Positions 1 through 9,386 of a stretch of DNA of 41,462 bases are shown here, piece by piece. The DNA comes from an uncultured Rhodoferax sp. (GTDB lineage: Bacteria; Pseudomonadota; Gammaproteobacteria; Burkholderiales; Burkholderiaceae_C): the NCBI GenBank assembly GCA_964483855.1, contig CAZADK010000001.1:1-41462 (forward strand). Reading direction: 5' to 3'. The position numbers and the translations under genes were made by a program. The first letter of the stretch is position 1. The number at the start of each line of letters is the position of its first letter. The notes beneath the pieces were generated by a model. The model saw nothing but the letters and a program-made list of their open reading frames with translations. It had not been told where the DNA came from and searched no databases.

Positions 1-669
1 GCTTTTTCAGGCCCATTCTTGGGCTGTCCGATGGCGTTTGAAAATCCTATTCGCACCGCCGCCGCCGGTGCCAATGGGCTGCACTTTGGCCATGTGGGTA
101 TGGACCAACCTGAGCAGTTGCAGCGCCTCCGCGCGATCGCCTCGCAGGCCTTTGCCATCGAGTTGCGCACACCACGCGCCATACTGGAGTCGTTCAAGGT
201 GTTGCGGGTCGGCGCTGCCGAGGTGGCCCGGCACCGGGATGGCCTGTCGCTGATGGATCCGATGGTGGTCTGGATGGACCGCCTGGGCCTGTTCAACCGC
301 AGCCAGGCGCCTGGTCCGGACGACTTTGCCACCACCAGCCAGATCAAGGACTTTGACGAGAAGATTGCATCCACGCCTGGATTCCTGTGGGTGGTGACCC
401 AAGGCAACGACCGCGTTACCCAGGTCAACGCTGGACGCGCCTACGCTCGGGTGCAACTGGCCGCAACGGCGCAAGGTGTTGCGATGCAGCCTCTGCAGCA
501 GGCGCTGCAGGAGTACCCGGAGCAGGCGGGGCCATATGCCGAAATCCGGGCCTTGCTCACTGCGCCAGCGCCAGCGCAGACCATCCAGATGTGGGCGCGG
601 GTGGGTTTTGCTCCTGCGGTCGGGCCGTCACCGCGCAGGGGATTGCAGGCGCATATCCAGAACACATGA
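1..669 (+). CDS. Acg-family FMN-binding nitroreductase-like protein, 5'-truncated by the window edge
   Basis: The frame is open from base 1. The C-terminal motif 'AGRAYARVQLAATAQGVAMQPLQQALQEY...RVGFAPAVGPSPRR' is typical of Acg/nitroreductase-fold proteins. Confidence 0.7.
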   Translation, partial: AFSGPFLGCPMAFENPIRTAAAGANGLHFGHVGMDQPEQLQRLRAIASQAFAIELRTPRAILESFKVLRVGAAEVARHRDGLSLMDPMVVWMDRLGLFNRSQAPGPDDFATTSQIKDFDEKIASTPGFLWVVTQGNDRVTQVNAGRAYARVQLAATAQGVAMQPLQQALQEYPEQAGPYAEIRALLTAPAPAQTIQMWARVGFAPAVGPSPRRGLQAHIQNT

Positions 670-731
670 GCACCGCGCCCGGGGCATTCCACGGGCGGTG
701 ATGCCCGGCCTGCCATCGCGCTCGTAGTGAC

Positions 732-1532
732 TCAGCGCCCGTTGAAGTCGGGCTTGCGCCTGTCGGCAAACGCGACCGCCGCGGCCTTGTGATCGGCGGT
801 CTCGAACGTGCGAACCATGTGCACGGCTTCGGCGTCGAGCACGTCCGACAAAGATGCGCGCAGAGCCAGGTTCAGATTGCGTTTCATGTAGCCCAGGGCC
901 ACCGTCGGCAAGGCAGCCAGTTCCTGTGTCCATTGCTGCGCAACCTGTGTCAGTTGCGCAGCCGGGGCGACCCGATCGACCAGTCCGATGCGCAGGGCCT
1001 CGTCGGCCAGCACGACCCGGCCGGTGAAGTACAACTCGCGGGCCCGGGACGCACCCACCAGATGGCTGATGAAATAACTGCCGCCGAAATCGCCCGACAA
1101 GCCCAACTTCGAGAAGGCGGTGGTCATCTTGGCATCTTCCGAGGCCAGGCGCAGGTCGCAGGCCAACGCCAACGCAAGGCCGGCGCCAGCCGCCGGACCC
1201 GGCAGCACCGCCAACGTGGGTTTGGGTATTTCATGCAGCAATCGGGACACTTCCGTGCGCAAGCGAAGATCGCTCACCCGCTGATCGAAGCCCATCGGCG
1301 CAACCCCGCTGACCGCGGCCAGCGCGAAATCCTTGACATCGCCACCGGAACAGAACGCACCTGCGGCACCGGTCAACACGACCAGCCGGATTGTCGGGTC
1401 GGTGGCGTAGCCGGTCAGGGCCGCATGCATCGCGTTGACCATATCGCGCGTCATCGCGTTGCGCGATGCGGGCCGGTTCATCGTCAACGTGGCGATACCG
1501 TTTTCGACGTCGGTGAGCAGGTCCTGGGTCAT
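732..1532 (-). CDS. Enoyl-CoA hydratase/isomerase (crotonase) family protein
   Basis: Motifs 'LTMNRPASRNAMT', 'AFCSGGDV', 'GPAAGAGLALALACDLR' and 'ADEALRIGLVD'. The ATG at 1532 (MTQDLLTDVENG) gives 266 aa. Confidence 0.9.
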   Translation of the reverse strand: MTQDLLTDVENGIATLTMNRPASRNAMTRDMVNAMHAALTGYATDPTIRLVVLTGAAGAFCSGGDVKDFALAAVSGVAPMGFDQRVSDLRLRTEVSRLLHEIPKPTLAVLPGPAAGAGLALALACDLRLASEDAKMTTAFSKLGLSGDFGGSYFISHLVGASRARELYFTGRVVLADEALRIGLVDRVAPAAQLTQVAQQWTQELAALPTVALGYMKRNLNLALRASLSDVLDAEAVHMVRTFETADHKAAAVAFADRRKPDFNGR

Positions 1533-1813
1533 GCGGGTTCCTTTGGTACGTCGTCGAGCATACCGGCTTGGCGCGGGCGCATTTGCTGTCGTGTACCAAG
1601 CAAACTGCGTCGCGCGGGTTCTGCTCGGCATCGGTACCGCTTGAGGCGCTATCGATGCGCCCGACATTGTTGGCGCCGGGGCTGTCACCACCTGGTACCC
1701 CTGTGGTCACGATGACGACTGCATCGCGCGTTACCATGCTTTGGCGGTCGACTGATGCAAGGCCCTGCAATTCGGCGGGGCCGCGGCGCACGCCCGCTCA
1801 AGGAGGAAACACC

Positions 1814-2224
1814 ATGGGATTCTTTGCAAAAATCTTGGGCAAGTTGGGTATTGGTGATGGCGAGACAGCACCCCTGGCCCCCACGCCCCCACCTGCTGTG
1901 GCGGCGGCCCCGGCGTCGGTGGCCCTGGCGCCAGCCGCAGCCGAGGTGGTCAATCCGATCGCCGTGGTCGATGTACTCAAGCAATTGGAGGCGCGCGCCG
2001 CCGCGAATCCGCAGAAGCTGAACTGGCGCACCTCGATCGTCGATCTGCTCAAGCTGCTGGACATCGACAGCAGCCTCGATGCCCGCAAGGCGCTCGCCAA
2101 GGAACTGTTTTGTCCGACCGAGCTGATGGGCGATTCGGCGAAGATGAACATGTGGCTGCACCGCAACGTGCTGGGCCACATCGCGGCCAACGGCGGCAAC
2201 ATACCCAAGGAACTGCTGGATTGA
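1814..2224 (+). CDS. DUF3597 domain protein
   Basis: AGGAGG RBS at 1801-1806. Motifs 'KLNWRTSIVDLLKLLDIDSSLDARKALAKEL' and 'DSAKMNMWLH...GGNIPKELLD'. Confidence 0.85.
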   Translation: MGFFAKILGKLGIGDGETAPLAPTPPPAVAAAPASVALAPAAAEVVNPIAVVDVLKQLEARAAANPQKLNWRTSIVDLLKLLDIDSSLDARKALAKELFCPTELMGDSAKMNMWLHRNVLGHIAANGGNIPKELLD

Positions 2225-2252
2225 GCGGCCAGCACATATTGCGGATGGTCCC

Positions 2253-2864
2253 ATGCAGATGACCGACCTCCTGGCCCAGATGGGGGACATTCAATCCGTG
2301 GCGCGCGACCTGGGCGTGAGCCAGGGCGACGTGGCCACCGGCGCCGATGCCTTGTTGCCCGCCATCCTGGGTGGCTTCAAGAAGCAAGCCCGGTCGTCGC
2401 CCGTCGGCGGCCCGCAAGGCCTCGCCGGACTGCTCGGCCAGTTGGGCGGGTCGGCCTGCTTTACCAGGTGCTGTCACCCCAGCCCACCGATGTGCGCCTG
2501 GGCAACGACGTGCTGGGGCAGATATTTGGCTCCAAAGACGTCAGCTGCTCGGTGGCGCAGAGCGCTTGCGCACAGACCGGGCTGGACGCGGGCATGCTCA
2601 AGCAGATGCTGCCGATGCTGGCCATGCTGGTGGCGGGCTACATGGCCAAACAGGGTCTCGCGGCGCTCAGCGCGAGACTCCGCAAGTGGTGCGGGTGGCT
2701 TGGAGGGAATGCTCGGTGGCCTGCTGGGGGGTGGCGCCGGTGCTGCCCGCGGGCGGCGGGCCGGTTGCTGGTCGCCTTGGCGGTCTGGTCGCCATGCTGG
2801 ACATGAACGGCGACGGCAACGCACTGGAGATATCCTGCGCATGGCGGGCAAGGCGATGCGTTGA
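2253..2864 (+). pseudogene. DUF937/YidB-like protein split by about 4 frameshifts (pseudogene or sequencing errors)
   Basis: Consecutive family motifs lie in different frames: 'ALLPAILGGFKKQA', 'GNDVLGQIFGSKDVS...LKQMLPMLAMLVAGYMAK', 'GGLEGMLGGLLGG', 'MLDMNGDGNAL' and 'DILRMAGKAMR*'. Confidence 0.75.
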
Positions 2865-3170
2865 CTGCCGCGCCATGGCGTGTTCATCCAGGAGCTGGGA
2901 GACGCCTACCTGGCTGACAGCGACGTCGGCCTGAACGAGACGCTCACGCGCAGGCCGCTACAGGTTGCAGCCTGCGCTGACCGCATCGGTTCTGGCCCGC
3001 GCGAAGGCCAGAAGGTGGACACCTTGCAAGCAGCCATGCCGCGAAACCCTGCGCGCGCCCAGGCCCTGTGCGCTTCCCATCAGGGCTTCATCCTGCACGC
3101 GGCCGGACACGTCGCCGGGCCAGTGGGGATCAGGCTCCAGAACCACTGGCGCAGCGGCACCACATATCGT
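2865..3170 (+). mobile_element. IS91/ISCR-family rolling-circle transposase remnant (internal fragment, inactive)
   Basis: The translation 'LPRHGVFIQELGDAYLADSD...RPLQVAACADRIGSGPREGQKVDTLQAAMPR...LCASHQGFILHAA...AGPVGIRLQNHWRSGTT' matches recalled IS91-family motifs (RPLQAAACTYRIAFGPRAGQKVLTLQ; GFSLHAA; LKTPWRDGTTH). No start, no C-terminus. Confidence 0.8.
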
Positions 3171-3372
3171 CGCTGCAATGAACAGCCGCCACCGGCACGT
3201 TGGCCTTTCGGTTGTCGGCCGATATTCGATCCGTCTGGATCCATTGTCAGATCGCCATTTTCGGTTCGCCGTCCATTGCGATGGGCCGCCAGCGGGCGTT
3301 TGCAATACCGGATGCGTCCGAAATGGCGCGGTGACAGTTTCGAAGCGGCTCAGGCACTCCTGTTGTAGTGCG

Positions 3373-3603
3373 TCAGCATGCGCGTAGCGATACGACTCCG
3401 GTCTTCGGGTGTCGGATCCAAGGTGGGTGGCTAGGCTTTGAGGCCAACGCTTCTTCTTTGCGCTTGTGCCTTTCTCGCTTGAGATCCTGAAGATGCCAGA
3501 TGCCAGATGCCAGATGCCAGATGCCAGATGCCAGATGCCAGATGCCAGACACCAGTTCAAAGACTCCAAACCCAATCCCCAGGCCCATTGCCTTTAGCGC
3601 CAT
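3373..3603 (-). CDS. Putative small membrane protein (76 aa) spanning the heptamer repeat
   Basis: MALKAMGLGIGFGVFELVSGIWHLASGIWHLASGIWHLQDLKRERHKRKEEA... has a hydrophobic N-half and a basic tail resembling orf51 (18221-18376). The RBS is weak. Confidence 0.4.
   Translation of the reverse strand: MALKAMGLGIGFGVFELVSGIWHLASGIWHLASGIWHLQDLKRERHKRKEEALASKPSHPPWIRHPKTGVVSLRAC
3492..3554. repeat. 7-bp tandem repeat (GATGCCA)x8 plus one degenerate copy (GACACCA)
   Basis: Read directly: perfect copies at 3492-3547 and a degenerate unit at 3548-3554. Confidence 0.97.
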
Positions 3604-3618
3604 AGCCGCCTGGGCAAG

Positions 3619-3662
3619 TGTATAAAAGAATTGACACTTTTTTGTGTTTGTGTATATTGACA
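3619..3662 (+). promoter_or_regulatory. Tandem PpsR/CrtJ sites (TGT-N12-ACA x2, 8 bp apart) overlapping a sigma70-like promoter of crtE
   Basis: TGTATAAAAGAATTGACA (3619-3636) and TGTTTGTGTATATTGACA (3645-3662). TTGACA (3631-3636)-N16-TATATT (3653-3658). Confidence 0.9.
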
Positions 3663-3709
3663 CCACGAAGTGTCATTTTTCGTTGTCACCCTGTGAAAGG
3701 AGCCACTGT

Positions 3710-4618
3710 ATGAGCCTTTTTTTGCGCATCGAAAAGTCACTACATATCCATTTTGATCGTGCGGCAGACCCAACTTCACCGCCGAGACTGCTCGCGGCAA
3801 TGCGCCATGCCGTTTTTTCTGGTGGTGCCCGTATCCGACCGCAATTGGTAATGGCAGTGGCGATTGCATGTGGCGACAAAAACCCGGAGTTGACCAACGC
3901 AGCGGCGGTGGCCATTGAGCTGATGCATTGCGCTTCGTTGGTTCATGACGATATGCCCGCCTTCGACAACGCGGATACGCGGCGCGGCAAGCCGACGGTG
4001 CACAAGGCCTTTGGAGAACCCCTTGCGCTGCTGACTGGCGACGCGCTGATTGTGATGGCTTACCAGGTCCTGTTGAACGCAGGGATGGAGCAGCCCAAGC
4101 GGCTGGCGCGACTGATGCAGAACTTGACGTCCGGCGTTGGCCTGCCCGGCGGTATTGTTGCCGGCCAGGCATGGGAGTGCGAGGTTACTGCCGATCTGGG
4201 CCAATACCAACGTGCGAAAACAGGCGCCTTGTTCGTGGCATCCACGTGTGCCGGCGCACTCGCCTGCGATGCGGACCCCAAGCCCTGGATTGCCCTGGGT
4301 GCGCACCTGGGCGAGGCCTATCAGGTGGCCGATGACATCCGTGATGTTCTGGGGCAGGCGGAAATGTTGGGAAAGCCGACTGGACAGGATGTGCTCAACG
4401 GACGCCCCAGTTCAGCCAGTGCGCTGGGGCTGGGAGGTGCGGTGCGGTATTTTGAAGGGCTGATGGACAAAGCGGTGTCGAGCGTGCCGAAGTGCGCCAG
4501 TAGGGCCTTGATGCAGGACATGGTGCGCCAAGAGGCCGAGCGCCTCGTGCCGATCGAAACGCGGACCAACTACCGTGTGACGTCTGCTTTGCCGGCATGC
4601 AAACTGGCGCTTGGATGA
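3710..4618 (+). CDS. crtE: Geranylgeranyl diphosphate synthase
   Basis: 'GGARIRP', FARM 'SLVHDDMPAFDNADTRRGKPT', 'KTGALF', SARM 'YQVADDIRD'. AAGGAG RBS. Confidence 0.95.
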   Translation: MSLFLRIEKSLHIHFDRAADPTSPPRLLAAMRHAVFSGGARIRPQLVMAVAIACGDKNPELTNAAAVAIELMHCASLVHDDMPAFDNADTRRGKPTVHKAFGEPLALLTGDALIVMAYQVLLNAGMEQPKRLARLMQNLTSGVGLPGGIVAGQAWECEVTADLGQYQRAKTGALFVASTCAGALACDADPKPWIALGAHLGEAYQVADDIRDVLGQAEMLGKPTGQDVLNGRPSSASALGLGGAVRYFEGLMDKAVSSVPKCASRALMQDMVRQEAERLVPIETRTNYRVTSALPACKLALG

Positions 4619-5778
4619 GTGACCTTGAAGTCGCACACCCTACTGTGCCAAGCCCGATAGAAGGTCGCTGGTGGGAGAAATCGCGGGACCGCCTGAACCG
4701 CTGGATGATGACGCCCCGTGGCTACAGCTGGGCATTGTCAAACCCACTGACCCGCTGGGTCGTCAGACGAAGGACGCAACAGGTTTTTGATCTCATGGCC
4801 GGGTTCGTGCATTCGCAGGTCGTGCTCGCCTGCGTCCAGCTGAATGTCTTCACGATCGTTCAAAAGGCGCCCGCAACCATTGAGGAACTGGCGGCGCGCA
4901 CGCAGATTCCTGCTGCGTCACTGCAGCGGTTGGTGCAGTCTGCGGTGGCATTGCAGCTGTTGCAACGACGCAGCGCAGGAAGGTATGCCCTGGGGCCGCT
5001 CGGCGCACCAATTGCGGCGCACCCCGGCATACAGGCCATGGTGGAGCACAACAACCTGCTTTACCGGGACATGCTGGAGCCAGTGGATTTTCTGCGCGAC
5101 ACCGGGCGTGGACATATGGCGCAGTACTGGCCCTATGCGCAGGCGGACGCGACCCACGATGGCACTGTGCAGGACACCCATGCCAAGCGCTACTCCCAGC
5201 TGATGGCGAGTTCCCAGAACTTTGTTGTGCAGGAGTTGCTACGGTCGTACGACTTCGGGAACCATCGTCGTGTGCTGGACGTGGGGGGAGGGAAAGGGCA
5301 GTTTGTGGCGGCGTTGGCATTGCGGGAAAGCCATTTGACCTTCTCCCTGTTTGACCTGCCGTCGGTGTTGCCTGTTGCGCAGCAACACCATGCAGCACTG
5401 GGAATAGGACAACGAGTTGCGTACGCCCCGGGCAGCTTTTTTGACGACGTACTCCCTGCGGGCGCCGACTTGATCACATTGATCCGCGTGGCGCATGACC
5501 ATCCTGATGCGGCCGTGCGGACCATCTTGCGCAAGGTCTTTGATGCACTGCCCATTGGCGGCACTTTTCTGCTGGCGGAGCCCATGGCGCATACCGACCC
5601 GGCTCAGGGCGCAAGCGACGCGTATTTTCATTTCTACCTGATGGCAATGGGTGAAGGTCAGCTGCGTACCGCGGAAAAACTCTCCTGCATGTTGGCAGAG
5701 GCCGGGTTTAGCCAGATCAAGTTGCTCTCCAACGCCATGCCCATTCACACACGCATCCTCATTGCGCGGAAAAGATAA
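4615..5778 (+). CDS. crtF: Hydroxyneurosporene/demethylspheroidene O-methyltransferase
   Basis: 'FDLMAGFVHSQV', 'LDVGGGKG', 'DAYFHFYLMAMG'. ATGA overlap with the crtE stop, and position between crtE and bchC. Confidence 0.93.
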   Translation: MSDLEVAHPTVPSPIEGRWWEKSRDRLNRWMMTPRGYSWALSNPLTRWVVRRRTQQVFDLMAGFVHSQVVLACVQLNVFTIVQKAPATIEELAARTQIPAASLQRLVQSAVALQLLQRRSAGRYALGPLGAPIAAHPGIQAMVEHNNLLYRDMLEPVDFLRDTGRGHMAQYWPYAQADATHDGTVQDTHAKRYSQLMASSQNFVVQELLRSYDFGNHRRVLDVGGGKGQFVAALALRESHLTFSLFDLPSVLPVAQQHHAALGIGQRVAYAPGSFFDDVLPAGADLITLIRVAHDHPDAAVRTILRKVFDALPIGGTFLLAEPMAHTDPAQGASDAYFHFYLMAMGEGQLRTAEKLSCMLAEAGFSQIKLLSNAMPIHTRILIARKR

Positions 5779-5805
5779 GTGTTTACCCTAATGCGTATCA
5801 AATAC

Positions 5806-5823
5806 TGTAACGATTGCTTGACA
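5806..5823 (+). promoter_or_regulatory. PpsR site upstream of bchC
   Basis: TGTAACGATTGCTTGACA. A degenerate partner (TGT-N12-GTA) lies 8 bp upstream at 5780-5797. Confidence 0.8.
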
Positions 5824-5852
5824 TCGTGAACTGTCAGATCAAAAATCAAATC

Positions 5853-6806
5853 ATGAAAGCACAAGCCATCGTTTTCGACCAGCCACAGCATCTTTCGATT
5901 CGTGCGCTGAATTTGCCCGAGCTCTCGGATGGCCAAGTTCAGGTCAAAGTGGAGTACACCGGTATCAGCACCGGTACCGAACGACTCCTCTGGGATGGCA
6001 GCATGCCGGCGTTTCCTGGCATGGGATACCCATTGGTGCCCGGCTATGAAACGGTCGGACGGGTCGTCAGAACTGGCGGCGACACCTCGGTCCAAATAGG
6101 TCAGCGCGTGTTTGTGCCCGGCGCAAACTGCCTGCAGGGTGTGCGCAGCCTGTTCGGAGGGTCCGCGTCAGACCTCATCGTTCCACATGACCGTGCTGTT
6201 GCGGTCAATGAGTCTTTGGGCGCGCAGGCTGTACTGATAGCGCTGGCGGCTACGGCCTACCACGCCGTAGCGTGCGGAGGCACACGCCCCGTCATCCGTC
6301 CGCCGGATCTGATCGTGGGTCATGGTGTCATGGGGCGCCTGCTTGCGCGCATGACCGTGGAAGCCGGTGGGCCCGCGCCAACCGTATGGGAAACACAAGC
6401 CGGGCGAATGGCGGGGGCGCAGGGCTACCAGGTGGTTCACCCCGATGCCGACCCCCGCAAGGATTACAACGCCATATACGACGTAAGTGGCGACTCCAAA
6501 TTGCTGGATACCCTCATTGGGCGTATTGCGCCGGGTGGAGAGGTTGTTCTCGCCGGTTTCTACAAACAGGACCTGCACTTTGCGTATGCCCCGGCATTCA
6601 TGCGTGAAGCACAAATCCGTGTTGCAGCGCAGTGGAAGAAACCGGACCTGATCGCTGTCACCGAGTTGATCAACAGTGGGCGACTCTCACTCGACGGCTT
6701 GATCACCCATTGCGAGTCGCCGGCCAGCGCAACCAAGGCCTACGAGACAGCCTTTGGCGACATTGCCTGCCTGAAGATGATTCTCGATTGGAGCGCAAAC
6801 GCATGA
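5853..6806 (+). CDS. bchC: 3-hydroxyethyl bacteriochlorophyllide a dehydrogenase
   Basis: 'GISTGTERLLWDGSMPAFPGMGYPLVPGYETVG' and C-terminal 'CLKMILDW'. Confidence 0.96.
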   Translation: MKAQAIVFDQPQHLSIRALNLPELSDGQVQVKVEYTGISTGTERLLWDGSMPAFPGMGYPLVPGYETVGRVVRTGGDTSVQIGQRVFVPGANCLQGVRSLFGGSASDLIVPHDRAVAVNESLGAQAVLIALAATAYHAVACGGTRPVIRPPDLIVGHGVMGRLLARMTVEAGGPAPTVWETQAGRMAGAQGYQVVHPDADPRKDYNAIYDVSGDSKLLDTLIGRIAPGGEVVLAGFYKQDLHFAYAPAFMREAQIRVAAQWKKPDLIAVTELINSGRLSLDGLITHCESPASATKAYETAFGDIACLKMILDWSANA

Positions 6807-7813
6807 CTACCTCTGTTGAAAAAAATTCGCAACCTGTGAAGTTTGTCGAACGCCTGCGGCAGGAAGCAGCCGTTGAACCCCCGGCAGTGCATACAGGCGC
6901 GCCGACCAAGGAAACCCAAATCATCGCCATCTACGGCAAGGGCGGCATCGGCAAGAGTTTTACCTTGGCCAATCTCAGTTACATGATGGCGCAGCAGGGC
7001 AAGAAAGTACTTCTCATCGGCTGCGACCCCAAGAGCGATACCACCTCGCTGCTGTTCGGAGGCAGGGCGTGCCCCACCATCATCGAGACCTCGTCCAAGA
7101 AAAAACTCGCCGGTGAGGCTGTTGCGATTGGCGATGTGTGCTTCAAGCGCGATGGCGTGTACGCCATGGAACTCGGCGGGCCCGAAGTGGGGCGGGGTTG
7201 CGGTGGGCGCGGCATCATCCACGGCTTCGAACTACTGGAGAAACTCGGGTTTCACGACTGGGGCTTTGACTACGTGTTGCTCGACTTTCTGGGTGACGTG
7301 GTTTGTGGCGGCTTTGGATTGCCCATTGCGCGTGACATGTGCCAGAAGGTAATCGTGGTGGCCAGCAACGATTTGCAGTCTTTGTACGTCGCGAACAACG
7401 TCTGCTCTGCGGTGGAGTATTTCCGCAAACTCGGTGGCAATGTCGGCGTGGCCGGCATGGTGATCAACCGCGATGACGGCACCGGCGAGGCGGCCGCTTT
7501 CGCCACCCATGTCGGCATCCCGGTGCTGTCCACCATTCCAGCCAACGAAGACATCCGCCGCAAGAGCGCCAGCTATGAAATCATCGGCCGGCCCGATTCG
7601 GTTTGGGGCCCCATGTTCGCCGAATTGGCAGCCAACGTCGGCACCTCGTTGCCCATGCGCCCGAAACCCATGTCGCAAGACGAGTTGTTGGGCCTGTTCT
7701 CGGCCTCCGCGGTAGGCCGCAATGTGGTGCTCGAGCCAGCGACACAGTTCGACATGTGTGGCAAAAAAGAGCTGGTCAAGGAAACCCTCGAAGTGGTTTA
7801 CGACGAAGTCTGA
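6803..7813 (+). CDS. bchX: Chlorophyllide a reductase iron protein
   Basis: '[14 protein letters not shown]', 'GGPEVGRGCGGRGI', '[11 protein letters not shown]'. ATGA overlap with bchC. Confidence 0.97.
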   Translation: MTTSVEKNSQPVKFVERLRQEAAVEPPAVHTGAPTKETQIIAIYGKGGIGKSFTLANLSYMMAQQGKKVLLIGCDPKSDTTSLLFGGRACPTIIETSSKKKLAGEAVAIGDVCFKRDGVYAMELGGPEVGRGCGGRGIIHGFELLEKLGFHDWGFDYVLLDFLGDVVCGGFGLPIARDMCQKVIVVASNDLQSLYVANNVCSAVEYFRKLGGNVGVAGMVINRDDGTGEAAAFATHVGIPVLSTIPANEDIRRKSASYEIIGRPDSVWGPMFAELAANVGTSLPMRPKPMSQDELLGLFSASAVGRNVVLEPATQFDMCGKKELVKETLEVVYDEV

Positions 7814-7826
7814 TGAGCACCACCCC

Positions 7827-9386
7827 ATGAGCCAAGTCATCCCCATTATTCCCATGCCGGACAAGCCGATCCAAACGGCTCTGGAAGGCGATGGCATGGG
7901 CTGCCACTCCGGTGGCGAGGCCATGCTGGCGGCCGCCAAGTCGGCGGGCAAGTCTGAGATTCTGGATCAATATGCGCAGGACTATCCACGTGATGCCAAG
8001 GCCGGTCCGCACGACCAGCCCCAAAGCATGTGCCCAGCCTTTGGCTCCCTGCGCGTGGGTCTGCGGATGCGCCGCACCGCAACGATTTTGTCGGGCTCAG
8101 CGTGCTGTGTTTACGGCTTGACGTTCACGTCGCACTTTTACGGGGCACGGCGCAGTGTGGGGTATGTGCCTTTCAATTCTGAATCGCTGGTGACCGGCAA
8201 ACTGTTTGAAGATATCCGTGAGTCGGTTTATCAGCAAGCGGATCCGGCGTTGTATGACGCCATCATCATCATCAACTTGTGCGTGCCCACAGCCAGTGGT
8301 GTGCCACTGCAGATTCTCCCCAAAGAGATCAACGGTGTTCGCATCATCGGTATCGACGTGCCCGGCTTTGGTGTGCCGACCCATGCTGAAGCCAAAGACG
8401 TCTTGGCGGGTGCCATGCTGCGCTACGCGCGCGGCGAAGCCGAAGCGGGCCCGGTTCAAAGCCCTCGCGCCGGCAAATCCGAGAAGCCCACCATCACGAT
8501 TCTGGGCGAAGTGTTTCCAGCAGATCCCGTCATCATCGGCATGATGCTGGAGCCGATGGGTCTGGCCGCTGGCCCCGTGGTTCCGACCCGGGAATGGCGA
8601 GAGCTATATGCTGCGCTGGACTGCGCGGCGGTCGCCGCGATCCACCCTTTCTATACCGCCAGTGTGCGGGAGTTCGAGGCCGCGGGCCGTACGATGGTCG
8701 GCTCGGCGCCCGTGGGCTACGAAGGCACCGAAGCCTGGTTGCAAGCCATTGGGGTCGCAACCAATGTGGCACAAGACAAGATCGATTCAGCCAAGAACAA
8801 GTTTTTGCCGGCCATTCGCGGCGCGCTCGGCCGCATGCCGATCAAGGGCCGCATTACGCTGAGTGGCTACGAGGGCTCCGAATTGCTGGTCGGTCGCCTT
8901 CTGGTTGAAAGCGGTGCAGACCTGCGTTATGTCGGCAGCGCCTGTCCACGCACTCCGTGGAACGAGGCCGATGTTCAATGGCTGCAAAGCAAGGGCGTGA
9001 TGGTCCAGTTTCGCGCTTCGTTGGAACAGGACCTTGCAGCGATGCATGAGTTCAAGCCCGACCTGGCGATTGGCACCACGCCCATCGTGCAGGCTGCCAA
9101 AGAGCTCACGATTCCATCGCTCTATTTCACCAACCTTATTTCTGCCCGCCCCTTGATGGGTCCTGGAGGCGCTGGTTCACTGGCTACCGTTATCAACAAT
9201 GCGATCGGTAACAAGCACCGCTTTGACGAGATGAAAGAGTTCTTCGGCTCCGTGGGCCAGGGGCATTCGTCCGGTGTCTGGGAGGCTGCCAACGGGGTCC
9301 CGAAAGATCGCCCCGAGTTCAAGGCCGAGCAGCGTCGGCAGGCCGTAAAGCTTGCGAAAAAGCGCAAAGCCGAGGAGATGATGTAA
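7827..9386 (+). CDS. bchY: Chlorophyllide a reductase subunit Y
   Basis: 'GPHDQPQSMCPAFGSLRVGLRMRRT' and 'LSGSACCVYGLTF'. The start could be 7813 if there is a 1-bp indel. Confidence 0.95.
   Translation: MSQVIPIIPMPDKPIQTALEGDGMGCHSGGEAMLAAAKSAGKSEILDQYAQDYPRDAKAGPHDQPQSMCPAFGSLRVGLRMRRTATILSGSACCVYGLTFTSHFYGARRSVGYVPFNSESLVTGKLFEDIRESVYQQADPALYDAIIIINLCVPTASGVPLQILPKEINGVRIIGIDVPGFGVPTHAEAKDVLAGAMLRYARGEAEAGPVQSPRAGKSEKPTITILGEVFPADPVIIGMMLEPMGLAAGPVVPTREWRELYAALDCAAVAAIHPFYTASVREFEAAGRTMVGSAPVGYEGTEAWLQAIGVATNVAQDKIDSAKNKFLPAIRGALGRMPIKGRITLSGYEGSELLVGRLLVESGADLRYVGSACPRTPWNEADVQWLQSKGVMVQFRASLEQDLAAMHEFKPDLAIGTTPIVQAAKELTIPSLYFTNLISARPLMGPGGAGSLATVINNAIGNKHRFDEMKEFFGSVGQGHSSGVWEAANGVPKDRPEFKAEQRRQAVKLAKKRKAEEMM

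Noticed and set aside
670-731. GC-rich inverted repeats between the convergent nitroreductase and crotonase genes
   Set aside because: The pairing is imperfect and there is no T-tract, so a terminator call is not supported.
3492-3554. Repeat array as a CRISPR
   Set aside because: The 7-bp units are contiguous with no spacers, and no cas genes are present.
2958-3575. 205-aa minus-strand ORF with LASGIWH repeats
   Set aside because: It is an alternative frame through the heptamer repeat and antisense to the IS91 remnant, with no recognisable domain.
5788-5801. FNR-like box upstream of bchC (CTAAT-GCGT-ATCAA)
   Set aside because: Only the right half matches TTGAT-N4-ATCAA, which is too weak to call.
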